DNA of 64,000 bases from Candidatus Eiseniibacteriota bacterium (GTDB lineage: Bacteria; Eisenbacteria; RBG-16-71-46): contig JBGAOA010000002.1 of NCBI GenBank assembly GCA_044222065.1, forward strand, positions 64,001 to 128,000, read 5' to 3'. Position 1 is the stretch's first letter; each line of letters begins with the position of its first letter. The notes under the pieces are model-generated. The model did not search any database. It was not told the DNA's origin and saw only the letters and a list, made by a program, of their open reading frames with translations. Below, one piece after another: positions 40,089 through 49,816 of the stretch. The position numbers and the translations under genes are program-made.

Positions 40089-41882
40089 ATGACCCACCGC
40101 GCCCATCGGCGGAGCTTCGGCCCGCCGCCCCGGATCAGCGACTCGCGGCCGGACGCCGCCGAGCCGGTGCCGCGCCTGATCGGAAGGGCGCACCGCTCGC
40201 GCGGGCTGTGGCTGTTCGATCCCGCCCGCCGCTGGCCGGGCGGCGCGCGCGTGCTGCGCTGGAAGGGTGAGTTCGAACCCGAGGACGGCGACTGGTGCAT
40301 CGCCGAGTGCGCGCGCGGCGAGGACCACGCGTTCCTGGTCGAGATCCTGGGCGCCGACGACCGCCCGGCACTCGACGACCTCGCGGTCGCCTCGCAGTAC
40401 CGGCTGCGCACGCGGTTCCCGCGCGACGTCGAGCGCGAGGCGGCGGCCTTCGCAGAGCCCGGCGCGGACGCGCGGCACGGCCGCGAGGACCTGCGCGAGC
40501 GGCTCGTGTTCACGATCGACCCCGAGGACGCGCGCGACCACGACGACGCACTGTCGTGCGACGAGGTCGGCGGCGGCCGGCTCGAGGTCGGCGTGCACAT
40601 CGCCGACGTGTCGCATTACGTGACGCCCGGGACGGCGCTCGATCGGGAGGCGATGGCGCGCGGCACGAGCTGCTACCTGCCGGGCGGCGTCGTTCCGATG
40701 CTGCCCGAAGCGCTGTCGTCGAACCTGTGCTCGCTCGTCCCCGGCTGCGACCGCCTCGCGCTCTCGGTGCTCGTGCGCTTCACGCCCGACGGCGAGCTCG
40801 ACGGCTGGAGGTTCGCGGAGACCGTGATCCACAGCCGGCATCGGCTCGACTACGGCGCGGTGGAGGAGGCGCTGCGCGGGCGCACACCGTTCCCGGCGCC
40901 ACTCCAGCACGCGATCGACCGGCTCGCGACGCTCGCGCGCGGCCTGCGCGCCCGGCGTTTCGCGCGCGGCGCGCTGGCGCTCGAAGTGCCCGAGGTCAAG
41001 GCGCGCGTGGACGAGCGCGGCGAGACGATCGCGCTCGAGCGGCGGGAGCACCTCGAGAGCCACGAACTCATCGAGGAGTTCATGCTGCTCGCGAACCGCT
41101 GCGTCGGCAGCGAGGGCGCGCGGCGCCGTTCCGGACTGATCTACCGCATCCACGAGCCGCCGGCACCGGCGAAGCTCGCCGAACTCGATCGCACGCTCGG
41201 CGTCGTCGGGTTGCCGCGACTCGGCTCCGCCGTAGAGCCGGCGCGCGCGCTGCAGGCGCTGCTGCGCGTGAGCCTCGATGCGCGGCACCGGAGGCTGCTG
41301 CACCGGCTCGTGCTGCGTTCGCTCGCGCGTGCGCGCTACTTCGAGGGCGACGCCTCGCATTTCGGACTCGCGACGCGCGAATACTGCCACTTCACGTCTC
41401 CGATCCGGCGCTACCCGGACCTGCACAACCATCGCCGCGTCCGCGAGTGGATCCGCGGCGAGCGCACCGCCGCGTGGGATCCGCTCGCGCTCGCGGAGTC
41501 GGCGCTCGCGTGCACCGGCACGGAGCAGAACGCGGCGGACGCGGAGCGCGAGGCGGTGAAGGTGAAGGGTCTGCGCCTGCTCGAGGGGAGACTCGGGGAT
41601 CGCGCATCGGGTAGTATCACCGGGTTCCTGCCCCGAGGCTTCTTCGTCGAACTCGACGAGTGGCCGGTCGAAGGGTTCGTGCGAGTGAGTCTCTACACCG
41701 ACGATCACTTCGTGCTCGACGACAGCGGGGTGCGAATGATCGGCCGCCGCACCCGGCGTCGATTCACCCTCGGAGACGAAGTCGAAGTCCAGATCGCGCG
41801 GGTCGACGTCCCCGCGCGCGAATGCGATCTCGCGCTCACGCCCGTCGGCGGGCGGAAGCGGCGCACCCACGGGAGGGGTTGA
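40089..41882 (+). CDS. RNase R / RNase II family 3'-5' exoribonuclease
   Basis: TIDPEDARDHDDALS, VHIADVS, LIEEFMLLAN, HFGLA..YCHFTSPIRRYPDL and a C-terminal S1 domain. Confidence 0.92.
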   Translation: MTHRAHRRSFGPPPRISDSRPDAAEPVPRLIGRAHRSRGLWLFDPARRWPGGARVLRWKGEFEPEDGDWCIAECARGEDHAFLVEILGADDRPALDDLAVASQYRLRTRFPRDVEREAAAFAEPGADARHGREDLRERLVFTIDPEDARDHDDALSCDEVGGGRLEVGVHIADVSHYVTPGTALDREAMARGTSCYLPGGVVPMLPEALSSNLCSLVPGCDRLALSVLVRFTPDGELDGWRFAETVIHSRHRLDYGAVEEALRGRTPFPAPLQHAIDRLATLARGLRARRFARGALALEVPEVKARVDERGETIALERREHLESHELIEEFMLLANRCVGSEGARRRSGLIYRIHEPPAPAKLAELDRTLGVVGLPRLGSAVEPARALQALLRVSLDARHRRLLHRLVLRSLARARYFEGDASHFGLATREYCHFTSPIRRYPDLHNHRRVREWIRGERTAAWDPLALAESALACTGTEQNAADAEREAVKVKGLRLLEGRLGDRASGSITGFLPRGFFVELDEWPVEGFVRVSLYTDDHFVLDDSGVRMIGRRTRRRFTLGDEVEVQIARVDVPARECDLALTPVGGRKRRTHGRG

Positions 41883-42412
41883 TGGCCACGAAGAAGTCCA
41901 CGCGGCGATCCGAGCGACGCGCGATGGCGCGGGCCGACGCGCGGCTCAGCATGAGGCTCGACGCGGCGCTCACGGAGCAGGACGGCCCGCAGATCGTGAC
42001 CGAGAGCCAGAACATCTCGGGCAGCGGTGTCTATTGCACCTCGGAGCACTACCTGGCGCCGCTGTCGAAGGTCGCGCTGACGATCGTGCTGCCGAGCGTG
42101 CCCGGCCGGCGCGCGAGCCAGGAGCTCGTGAAGTGCGACGGCATCGTCGTGCGCTGCGAGCAGCCCTCGCGTCGCGGCGAGCGCGCGTACCAGCTCGCGT
42201 GCATGTTCTCGGACCTGGACGCCGTGACGCGGCGTCGCATCAACGACTTCGTGACGTGGCGCAACCTCCAGGAGCTGCGGGCGCTCGCGGCGAACGGCCG
42301 CAAGCCGGCCGCGCGGAAGACGGCGGGGCGCAAGTCCACGGCCACGAAGAAGCGCACTTCGTCGGCGAAGCGCACCACGACGAAGTCCGCACGGCGTCGC
42401 ACCGTCCACTGA
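41882..42412 (+). CDS. PilZ domain protein with basic C-terminal tail
   Basis: RRAMAR (RxxxR), NISGSG (D/NxSxxG), GIVVRC and a K/R/T/A-rich tail. Confidence 0.8.
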   Translation: MATKKSTRRSERRAMARADARLSMRLDAALTEQDGPQIVTESQNISGSGVYCTSEHYLAPLSKVALTIVLPSVPGRRASQELVKCDGIVVRCEQPSRRGERAYQLACMFSDLDAVTRRRINDFVTWRNLQELRALAANGRKPAARKTAGRKSTATKKRTSSAKRTTTKSARRRTVH

Positions 42413-42420
42413 GTCGTCTC

Positions 42421-43752
42421 GTGCGCGTCACGGTCCGGCCTGCGGGTCCGCTCGCGGGCCGTTTCCGTCCGCCGGGCGACAAGTCCGTCACGCACCGCGC
42501 CTACCTGTTCGGCCTGCTCGCGGAGGGGACGACGGTCGTGCGGGGGGCGAACCCCGGCGAGGACTGCGAGCGCTCGCTCGCGATCGCCGCGGAACTCGGT
42601 GCCGAAGTCGAGCGCGCGGCCGGCGCCGTGCGCGTGCGCGGCACGGGCGGCGACCTGCGAGCGCCGCGCGGGATCCTCGACTGCGGGAACTCGGGCACGA
42701 CGCTGCGGCTGCTCGCCGGCATCCTCGCATCGCAGCCGTTCGAGGCGACGCTCGATGGCGACGCGTCGCTGCGCGGCCGCCCGGTCGGCCGCGTGACTTC
42801 ACCGCTCGCGCGGCTCGGCGCGCGCTTCGAAGCGGCGAACGGCGGGCGCACGCCGCCGCTCGTCGTGCGTGGCGGTCCGCTCGAGGGCGCCGCGTTCGAC
42901 GAGCCGACGCCGAGCGCCCAGGTCGCGACCGCGATCGTGCTCGCCGGTCTGCGAGCGCGCGGCGAGACGCGCGTCGCGGTGGATGCGCTCGCGCGCGACC
43001 ACAGCGAGCGCATGCTGCCCGCCTTCGGCGCTCGGCTGTCGGTCGAGACGGGCACCGATGGCGTGCGCCGCGTGTCGCTCACGGGTCCGCAGCGGCTCCG
43101 CGCCGCCGTCGTGGACGTGCCCGCCGATCCTTCGGCCGCGGCGTTCTTCTTCGCGCTCGCGGCCGCGACGCCCGGCGCCGAGGTGACCGCCGAGGGCGTG
43201 AGCCTCAATCCGACGCGCATCGGATTCCTGCGCGTGCTCGAGGCGATGGGCGCTCGCGTCGAGCGGACGCCGCGCGGCGATTCGGCGGGCGAGCCCGTGG
43301 GGGACGTGACGGTGCGCGGCGCGGACGCGCTCCGGGCCTTCGACGTGCCCGACGCGTGGGTGCCGAGCTTCGTGGACGAGGTGCCGGCGTGGGCGATCGT
43401 CGCGAGCCTCGCGAACGGCGTGTCGCGGCTGCGCGGCGCCGGCGAGCTGCGCGTGAAGGAGAGCGACCGGCTCGCGGCGCTCGCCGCGAACCTCGGCGCG
43501 ATCGGCGTGAAAGCGCACGAGGCGCCCGACGGACTCGACGTCGAAGGCGGCCGGGTCGCGGGCGGGAAGGTCGCCGCGCGCGGCGACCACCGGATCGCGA
43601 TGGCGTTCGCCGCGCTCGGCGCGCGCGCGCGCGACGGAATCGAGATTGACGACGTCGCGAGCGTCGCCACATCATTCCCCGGCTTCTTCGACCTCTATCG
43701 CGCGCTCGGCGGCGACGCCGAACGCCACGACCAAGGCGCCGAGAACGCATGA
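42421..43752 (+). CDS. aroA: 3-phosphoshikimate 1-carboxyvinyltransferase
   Basis: PGDKSVTHR, GNSGTTLRL, GDASLRGRP, RDHSERML, LRVKESDR and DHRIAM. Confidence 0.95.
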   Translation: MRVTVRPAGPLAGRFRPPGDKSVTHRAYLFGLLAEGTTVVRGANPGEDCERSLAIAAELGAEVERAAGAVRVRGTGGDLRAPRGILDCGNSGTTLRLLAGILASQPFEATLDGDASLRGRPVGRVTSPLARLGARFEAANGGRTPPLVVRGGPLEGAAFDEPTPSAQVATAIVLAGLRARGETRVAVDALARDHSERMLPAFGARLSVETGTDGVRRVSLTGPQRLRAAVVDVPADPSAAAFFFALAAATPGAEVTAEGVSLNPTRIGFLRVLEAMGARVERTPRGDSAGEPVGDVTVRGADALRAFDVPDAWVPSFVDEVPAWAIVASLANGVSRLRGAGELRVKESDRLAALAANLGAIGVKAHEAPDGLDVEGGRVAGGKVAARGDHRIAMAFAALGARARDGIEIDDVASVATSFPGFFDLYRALGGDAERHDQGAENA

Positions 43753-44441
43753 GCTTCGTCATCACGATCGACGGACCCGCGGCCGCGGGCAAGAGCACGA
43801 CCGCGCGCGCGGTCGCGTCCGAACTCGGCTTCCTCTACATCGACACGGGGGCGCTCTACCGCGCGATCGCGCTGCGCGTGCTCGGCGAGGGCCTGCCGCC
43901 CGAGGAGAACGAGGCGCTCGACGACGTGCTGCAGCGCACGCGGCTCGACCTCTCGGGCTCGCCCGAAGAAGCGCACGTGTTCCTCGACGACGTGGACGTG
44001 AGCCGCGAGATCCGCACGCCCGAGGTGAGCGAGATGTCGTCCCGGCTCGCCGCGCTGCCGATGGTCCGCAGGCGGCTCGTCGAGACCCAGCGCGCGCTGC
44101 GCGAGCGCGGCCCGCTGGTCGGGGAGGGGCGCGACCTCGGCACCGTCGTCTTCCCCGACGCCGAGGTGAAGGTGTTCCTCGACGCCGACCTCGAGACGCG
44201 CGCCCGCCGCCGCACCCGCGAACTCCAGGATCGCGGCATCGCCGCCGCCTTCGACCAGGTGCGCGCCGACCTCGCCCGGCGCGACGAGCGCGACCGCGGC
44301 CGGTCGGACAGTCCGCTCCGGGCCCCCGAGGGGGCCGTGCTCGTGGACACGAGCGGCATGGACATCGAGAGCCAGGTCGCCGCCGTGCTCGAGGTCGCGC
44401 GCGCGCACCCCGCCTTCCCGGCGGCGGGGCGCCGACTCTGA
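43749..44441 (+). CDS. cmk: Cytidylate kinase
   Basis: IDGPAAAGKST, DTGALYR and EGRDLGTVVFPDA. Confidence 0.96.
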   Translation: MSFVITIDGPAAAGKSTTARAVASELGFLYIDTGALYRAIALRVLGEGLPPEENEALDDVLQRTRLDLSGSPEEAHVFLDDVDVSREIRTPEVSEMSSRLAALPMVRRRLVETQRALRERGPLVGEGRDLGTVVFPDAEVKVFLDADLETRARRRTRELQDRGIAAAFDQVRADLARRDERDRGRSDSPLRAPEGAVLVDTSGMDIESQVAAVLEVARAHPAFPAAGRRL

Positions 44442-44543
44442 GCGGGCGCACTCGCGAGCAGGGGTGGGAGAAACGTCGTTCCCGCGCTAGACTCTCCGGC
44501 CCGCGCTGGAGTCGAAGCGCGCGTCGGCCGATTAGGAGTTTCC

Positions 44544-45212
44544 GTGCCCACGTACTATAGTGCCTGCCGGTTTTTGATCGCGGCTGCCTTCGGGGTGGCC
44601 TCGGGATGGAGAGTGACGGGTCGCGAGAACCTGCCGAAGCGCGGCGGCCTCGTGATCGCTTCGAATCACATCTCGTTCTGGGATCCACCGCTGGTGGGCG
44701 CGGCCTGCCCTCGAGAGATCTACTTCCTCGCCAAGGAAGAGCTGTTTCGCGCTCCGCTCTTCGGAGCGCTCATCCGCTCGGTGCACGCGATTCCGATTCG
44801 TCGGGGCGTCGCCGACCTGAGCGGCATGAGCCGGGCGCTCGACCTGCTCCGCAACGGCCAGGCTCTGTTGCTCTTTCCCGAGGGAAGCCGGATGCGCGAC
44901 GGCGAACTCCATCCCGCACGACCGGGGGTGGGGATGCTGTCCGTGAACGGAGACGTGCCGATCGTTCCGTGCTACGTGGCGGGATCGAATCGGCCCGGAA
45001 GGTGGGTGACGCGCCGCACGCGCCCGCGCGTGATGTTCGGCACGCCGCGTCACTGGAAGGAATTCATCGGACCCGACGTCGAGATCACGCCGGGACGCGC
45101 GCTCTACCAGGCGGTGGGCGACGGCGTCATGCGCGAGATCGCGGCGCTCAAGGCCGGTGATCTGAATTCAGCGGTACGCGGGCCGGCGATGAGCCGGACC
45201 CAATCTTCATAA
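44544..45212 (+). CDS. plsC: 1-acyl-sn-glycerol-3-phosphate acyltransferase
   Basis: NHISFWD, FLAKEELF and FPEGSR motifs, in the usual cmk-plsC-rpsA context. Confidence 0.88.
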   Translation: MPTYYSACRFLIAAAFGVASGWRVTGRENLPKRGGLVIASNHISFWDPPLVGAACPREIYFLAKEELFRAPLFGALIRSVHAIPIRRGVADLSGMSRALDLLRNGQALLLFPEGSRMRDGELHPARPGVGMLSVNGDVPIVPCYVAGSNRPGRWVTRRTRPRVMFGTPRHWKEFIGPDVEITPGRALYQAVGDGVMREIAALKAGDLNSAVRGPAMSRTQSS

Positions 45213-45231
45213 CAAGGAGGCTTCACCCTTC

Positions 45232-47037
45232 ATGTCGGAACTCACCCGGACCCTCAACCCCGTCGCGGAGCTGCCGCGCCGGGCGCCCAACCTGCCGCTC
45301 GTCCCGATCAACGCGGACGACGAGGACGAGCTCTCGGCCGAAATGCGCGCCGAGATGTTCGGTCAGTACGAAGAGTCGATGCGCTCCATCGGCGAGGGCG
45401 AAATCGTGCGCGGCACGGTGCTCTCGATCGACGACAAGGACGTCCTCGTGGACGTCGGCTTCAAGAGCGAGGGCATCATCTCGCTCTCGGAGTTCCCCGA
45501 CCCCACGAGCATCAAGGTCGGCGACACGATCGACGTGTTCCTCGAGCGCATGGAGAACCAGGACGGCCTCGTCGTCCTCTCCAAGCAGCGCGCGGACTTC
45601 GTGCGCGTCTGGGATCGCGTCAAGGACGCCCACGACAACGGCCAGATCGTCGAAGGCAAGCTGATCCGCAAGATCAAGGGCGGTGTCGTCGTCGACCTGT
45701 ACGGCGTTGAGGCGTTCCTGCCCGGATCGCAGATCGCGCTGCGCCAGGTGCAGAACGTGGACGCGCTGCTCGGCCAGACCGTGCAGGTCAAGATCATCAA
45801 GCTCAACAAGCGCCGCCGGAACATCGTGGTGTCGCGCCGCGCCGTGCTCGAAGAGGAGCGCGACCGCCTGAAGGGCGAGATCCTCAAGGACCTCGCGAAG
45901 GACCAGATCCGCGAAGGCGTGGTGAAGAACATCACGGACTTCGGCGCGTTCGTGGACCTCGGCGGCATCGACGGCCTGCTGCACATCACGGACATGTCGT
46001 GGGGCCGCGTGGCGCATCCGTCCGAGCTCGTGAAGATCGGCGACAAGGTGCGGGTGAAGGTGCTCAACTTCGATCCCGAGAAGGAGCGCATCAGCCTCGG
46101 CCTGAAGCAACTCGAGGCCTACCCGTGGGAGGGCGTCGACGAGAAGTACAAGGTCGGCGACCGCGTGAAGGGAAAGGTCGTCTCGATCACGGACTACGGC
46201 GCATTCATCGAACTCGAGAAGGGCGTCGAGGGCCTGATCCACGTGTCGGAGATGAGCTGGACGCGTCACGTCCGGCACCCGTCGAAGATCGTGAACATTG
46301 GCGACCAGATCGAAGCCGTGGTTCTGAAGGTCGACAAGGCGAACGAAAAGATCTCGCTCGGCCTGAAGCAGGTGGAGCCGGATCCGTGGCTCACGCTCGA
46401 CCAGAAGTACCCGGTCGGCATGCGCGTCAAGGGCAAGGTCCGCAACCTGACGAACTTCGGCGCGTTCGTGGAGCTCGAAGAGGGCATCGACGGACTCGTG
46501 CACGTCTCCGACATGTCGTGGACGAAGCGCGTCGCGCACCCGAGCGAAGTGCTCAAGAAGGGTGACGCGGTCGAAGTGGTGATCCTCGCGATCGACAAGG
46601 AGCACCGCCGCATCAGCCTCGGGCTCAAGCAGGTCTCGGACGATCCGTGGCCGCTGCTCGCAGACAAGTTCCCGTCGGGCATGGAGCTCAAGGGCGCGAT
46701 CAACCGGCTGTTCGACCGCGGTGCGATCGTGGACGTCGGCGAGGGCATCGAGGGCTTCGTGCCGCTGTCGCAGATCGGCATCGACGACCTCAAGCGCCCG
46801 AACGACGCCTTCGAAGTGGGCGAGGAGCTCACGATGAAGGTGACGCGCGTGGACGTTCCGAACCATCGGCTCATCCTGAGCGTGAAGGCCTGGCTGAGCG
46901 AGCAGGACGACATCGCGATGGCGGAGTGGACCTCGAAGCGGAACCAGGTGCGTGCGCGCATCGCGGCGAATCCGCCCGAGGACGCCGCGGAGCCGAAGAA
47001 GCCGTCGAAGGAAGACGAGGACCTGGGCGACGAGTAG
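45232..47037 (+). CDS. rpsA: 30S ribosomal protein S1
   Basis: Six S1 repeats (DVGFKSEG, AFLPGSQ, FGAFVDLGGIDGLLHITDMSW, RISLGLKQ); AAGGAGG RBS. Confidence 0.98.
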   Translation: MSELTRTLNPVAELPRRAPNLPLVPINADDEDELSAEMRAEMFGQYEESMRSIGEGEIVRGTVLSIDDKDVLVDVGFKSEGIISLSEFPDPTSIKVGDTIDVFLERMENQDGLVVLSKQRADFVRVWDRVKDAHDNGQIVEGKLIRKIKGGVVVDLYGVEAFLPGSQIALRQVQNVDALLGQTVQVKIIKLNKRRRNIVVSRRAVLEEERDRLKGEILKDLAKDQIREGVVKNITDFGAFVDLGGIDGLLHITDMSWGRVAHPSELVKIGDKVRVKVLNFDPEKERISLGLKQLEAYPWEGVDEKYKVGDRVKGKVVSITDYGAFIELEKGVEGLIHVSEMSWTRHVRHPSKIVNIGDQIEAVVLKVDKANEKISLGLKQVEPDPWLTLDQKYPVGMRVKGKVRNLTNFGAFVELEEGIDGLVHVSDMSWTKRVAHPSEVLKKGDAVEVVILAIDKEHRRISLGLKQVSDDPWPLLADKFPSGMELKGAINRLFDRGAIVDVGEGIEGFVPLSQIGIDDLKRPNDAFEVGEELTMKVTRVDVPNHRLILSVKAWLSEQDDIAMAEWTSKRNQVRARIAANPPEDAAEPKKPSKEDEDLGDE

Positions 47038-47062
47038 CCCGGGTTTCCGTCGAAGCCGTGCG

Positions 47063-47097
47063 GCGGGCGGTCCCGATCGGGGCCGCCCGCTCGCTTT
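47063..47097 (+). terminator. Rho-independent terminator after rpsA
   Basis: GCGGGCGGTCCC-gatc-GGGGCCGCCCGC (12 bp, one G-U) followed by TCGCTTT. Confidence 0.6.
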
Positions 47098-47162
47098 GGG
47101 GGTGGACGGCCGGGCGGTCCGGGCGCACTATTCCGGCGACCGGACGCCGTTCGGAGGCAGCC

Positions 47163-48926
47163 ATGAACCGACCCCTCGCGCTCGCCCTCATCGTCGCGCT
47201 CGCCGCGCTCCCGACACACCGCACGTCTCAGGCCGCGTGGTCCGCGAACGGCGATCCCGTGTGTTCGGCGCCCCGCGAGCAGGTTCCGTTCGCGGGCGTC
47301 TCGACCACCGGCTGCCTCGTCGGCCCGTGCGCTGCCGGCGCTCTGTTCGCGTGGGTGGACGATCGCGATCCGAACGACGCCGCGGCGGACCTCTACTTCG
47401 GCGCGGTGGCCGCGAGTGGCGTGCTCGACCCACCGCCCGGCGGCACGCCCCTGTGCACGGAATGCGTCCCGCTCGGAACGCCGTCGCTCGCGGAGCTCGA
47501 GCCGAGCGGCGGCCCGCTGCCGTGGGGCGGGTACGTGGTCGCGTGGGCAGACTCGCGCGGAAGCGACGTCGACGTGTACGCGCAGCACGTCGGGCCGGCG
47601 TGGGCGACGGACGGCGTGCCGGTGTGCACCGTCGCGGGCGATGTCCGGGACGTCCGAGTCGTGCGCGGCGGATGGTTCGGGAAGTCGATCGTCGCCTGGA
47701 TCGACGAGCGCCCGGGCGCGGCCGGCGTCTACGCGCAGAAGCTCGATGCCGACGGCGGCGGTCTCTGGACGCTCGATGGCCAGCAGGTCGTCGCGACGCC
47801 GACGTTCAAGACCCTGCTCCGCGCCGCGCCCGACGGGGCCGACGGCGTCTACCTGGTGTGGAGCGACTACGGCGCGTTCGGCCTGGAAGTGCGGGCGATC
47901 CGCATCGACGGGGACGGCGTCACCGTCCCGGGGTGGCCGGCGTCCGGCGTGATTGTTCCCGGCGCGGAGAGCGACGTGTACGGCGTCGCCGCGCTGCCGA
48001 CCGCGGATGGCGGACTGATCGTCGTGTTCGAACGCGGCACGTACGACGCGCAGCGCACGCTGCTCGCCCAGAAGCTCGATGGCTCCGGGCAGCGCTGGAG
48101 CGGATGGCCGTCGGAGGGCGTGCTCGTCTCGCGCACGGGCGGCGCGCGGTTCTTCTCGGACGCGATTCCGTTCCAGGGCGGCGCGGTCGTCGCGTGGGAG
48201 GAGTGGTCGGCGTTCTCCGACGTCTTCCCGCCCCCGCCCTACGATTCGGACCTGCACCTCGCGCGCGTGACCGCCTCGGGAACGATCGCCCCGGGATGGC
48301 CCGACAGCGGAAGGGTCGTGTGCAGCGGAACCGGCGAGCGCGGAGCGCTGCACGTCGTGGAGTCGGGTGGCGCGCTGATGTGTGCGTGGGAGGACGAGCG
48401 GGCCGGTCTCGGCCAGAACGACATCTACGCGACGCGCGTGCTGGCCGACGGCAGCGTGGATGCCGCCTGGCCGGCGAACGGCGCGCCCGTCTGCAGCGCG
48501 ATCGGAGCTCAGTCCGAGCCTCGGCTGTTCGCGAGCGCGGGCGGAGCGATCGCGGCGTGGACGGACCGCCGCGCCGGCGACGCCGACGTGTACGCGCGCT
48601 TCGTGTCGGCGACGGGCGCGGTCGGTTCGCCCGCGTCCGCGGCGCCGCGCGCGCTGCGGCTCGGAGCCGCGACCCCGAACCCCGCGCGCGGACCCGTGCG
48701 TTTCGCGCTCGAACTCGCGCACGCGGCCGACTGCGTGATCGACATCGTGGACCCGGCCGGCCGCCGCATCGCGCGCCTCGCCGCCGCGCGCTTCGAATCG
48801 GGAGCTCACGAAGTGCGGTGGGACGGCCGCTCCGAGGACGGTCGTCCGGCGCGGCCGGGCCTCTACTTTGCGCGCGTACGCACGGGGGAGGGCGCGGCGA
48901 GCCGCGCGTTCGTGCGCCTGCGCTGA
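47163..48926 (+). CDS. Secreted repeat (probable beta-propeller) protein with C-terminal FlgD-like Ig domain
   Basis: Signal peptide, repeated W.D.R....D.YA....G..W...G..VC units, and terminal PNPARG...AGRRIARL...WDGRSEDGRPARPGLYF. Confidence 0.8.
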   Translation: MNRPLALALIVALAALPTHRTSQAAWSANGDPVCSAPREQVPFAGVSTTGCLVGPCAAGALFAWVDDRDPNDAAADLYFGAVAASGVLDPPPGGTPLCTECVPLGTPSLAELEPSGGPLPWGGYVVAWADSRGSDVDVYAQHVGPAWATDGVPVCTVAGDVRDVRVVRGGWFGKSIVAWIDERPGAAGVYAQKLDADGGGLWTLDGQQVVATPTFKTLLRAAPDGADGVYLVWSDYGAFGLEVRAIRIDGDGVTVPGWPASGVIVPGAESDVYGVAALPTADGGLIVVFERGTYDAQRTLLAQKLDGSGQRWSGWPSEGVLVSRTGGARFFSDAIPFQGGAVVAWEEWSAFSDVFPPPPYDSDLHLARVTASGTIAPGWPDSGRVVCSGTGERGALHVVESGGALMCAWEDERAGLGQNDIYATRVLADGSVDAAWPANGAPVCSAIGAQSEPRLFASAGGAIAAWTDRRAGDADVYARFVSATGAVGSPASAAPRALRLGAATPNPARGPVRFALELAHAADCVIDIVDPAGRRIARLAAARFESGAHEVRWDGRSEDGRPARPGLYFARVRTGEGAASRAFVRLR

Positions 48927-48954
48927 GCGATTCCCGGCGCCGCGCGCGCTGGGA

Positions 48955-48960
48955 TATGCT
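48955..48960 (+). promoter_or_regulatory. -10 element (near-leaderless start)
   Basis: TATGCT ends 8 nt before ATG 48969, and no SD is present. Confidence 0.4.
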
Positions 48961-48968
48961 GCGCGGCC

Positions 48969-49816
48969 ATGTTCGCCCCCATCCTGCTCCTCGCGGCCGC
49001 GACCGCGGCGCCGGCCTCTCCGGCCACGCTGGACGACGTGCTGCGCGCGTTCCCGGCCGACGCGCTCGTCGAGCCGCTGCGCGCGTTCGAGAGCGAACAT
49101 CAGGGCGTCGTGGGTGCCGAAGCCGCCTTTTCGCTCGGGCAGCTGCACTACACGCGCGGCGAGTACCGCGCCGCGGCCGACGCCTTCGGCCGCGCCGCAG
49201 CGCGCTTCGAGCCCGCGCGCAAGCCCGAGGCCCGCTACTGGCTCGGCCTCGCGTATCTCGCGCTCAAGGAGACCGACCGGGCGCGCGGCGTGCTCGACGA
49301 AGTCTCGCGCGGCGGGCCGCGGCGGGCGGAGGCGCTGTTCGCGCTCGCCCACGTGTGGGAAGCCGAGCAGCGTCCGGAGCGCGCGCTCGAAGTGCTGACG
49401 CGGCTCACCGGCGAGCCGCCGAGCGAAGTGACTCCGGCGGCGCTCGAGCGCGTCGTCGCGCTCGCGAGCGGACTCGGCCGCGCGGACGTCGCGAAGCAGG
49501 CGCGCGTCCGGCTCGAGCGCGGTATGCGGGCGCGATCGAGGCGGCGCGCCTCGAGCCGGCGCGACGCGGCCGCCGCGGCGAACGCGCCGGGCGCGGCCCA
49601 GGCCGTGCTCGGGCCGTTCGACGCCGCGCGCGCCCGCGCGCGGCCACGGCGGCGCAACGGATTCCGCGACGCGCGGTCGCCGCCGCCTCGCGCGGCGCCG
49701 GCGACGGCTGGCTCGTGCGCCTCGGCCGCTACCGCGACGTCGCGGGCGCGCGCGAGGCGGGCGAGCGCGCCGCGGCGCTGCTCGGCGTGCCGTACCGCGT
49801 CGAGGCGGCGAGATGA
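48969..49816 (+). CDS. TPR plus SPOR-domain periplasmic protein, frameshifted
   Basis: Signal peptide and TPRs (AAFSLGQLHY, ARYWLGLAY, ALFALA). After indels at about 49520-49690 the other frame ends GWLVRLGRYRDVAGAREA...YRVEAAR*, overlapping the mutS start. Confidence 0.75.

Noticed and set aside
42900..42940. Inactive aroA because of SAQVAT instead of SAQVKS
   Set aside because: That position varies between EPSPS classes, and the other catalytic motifs are intact.
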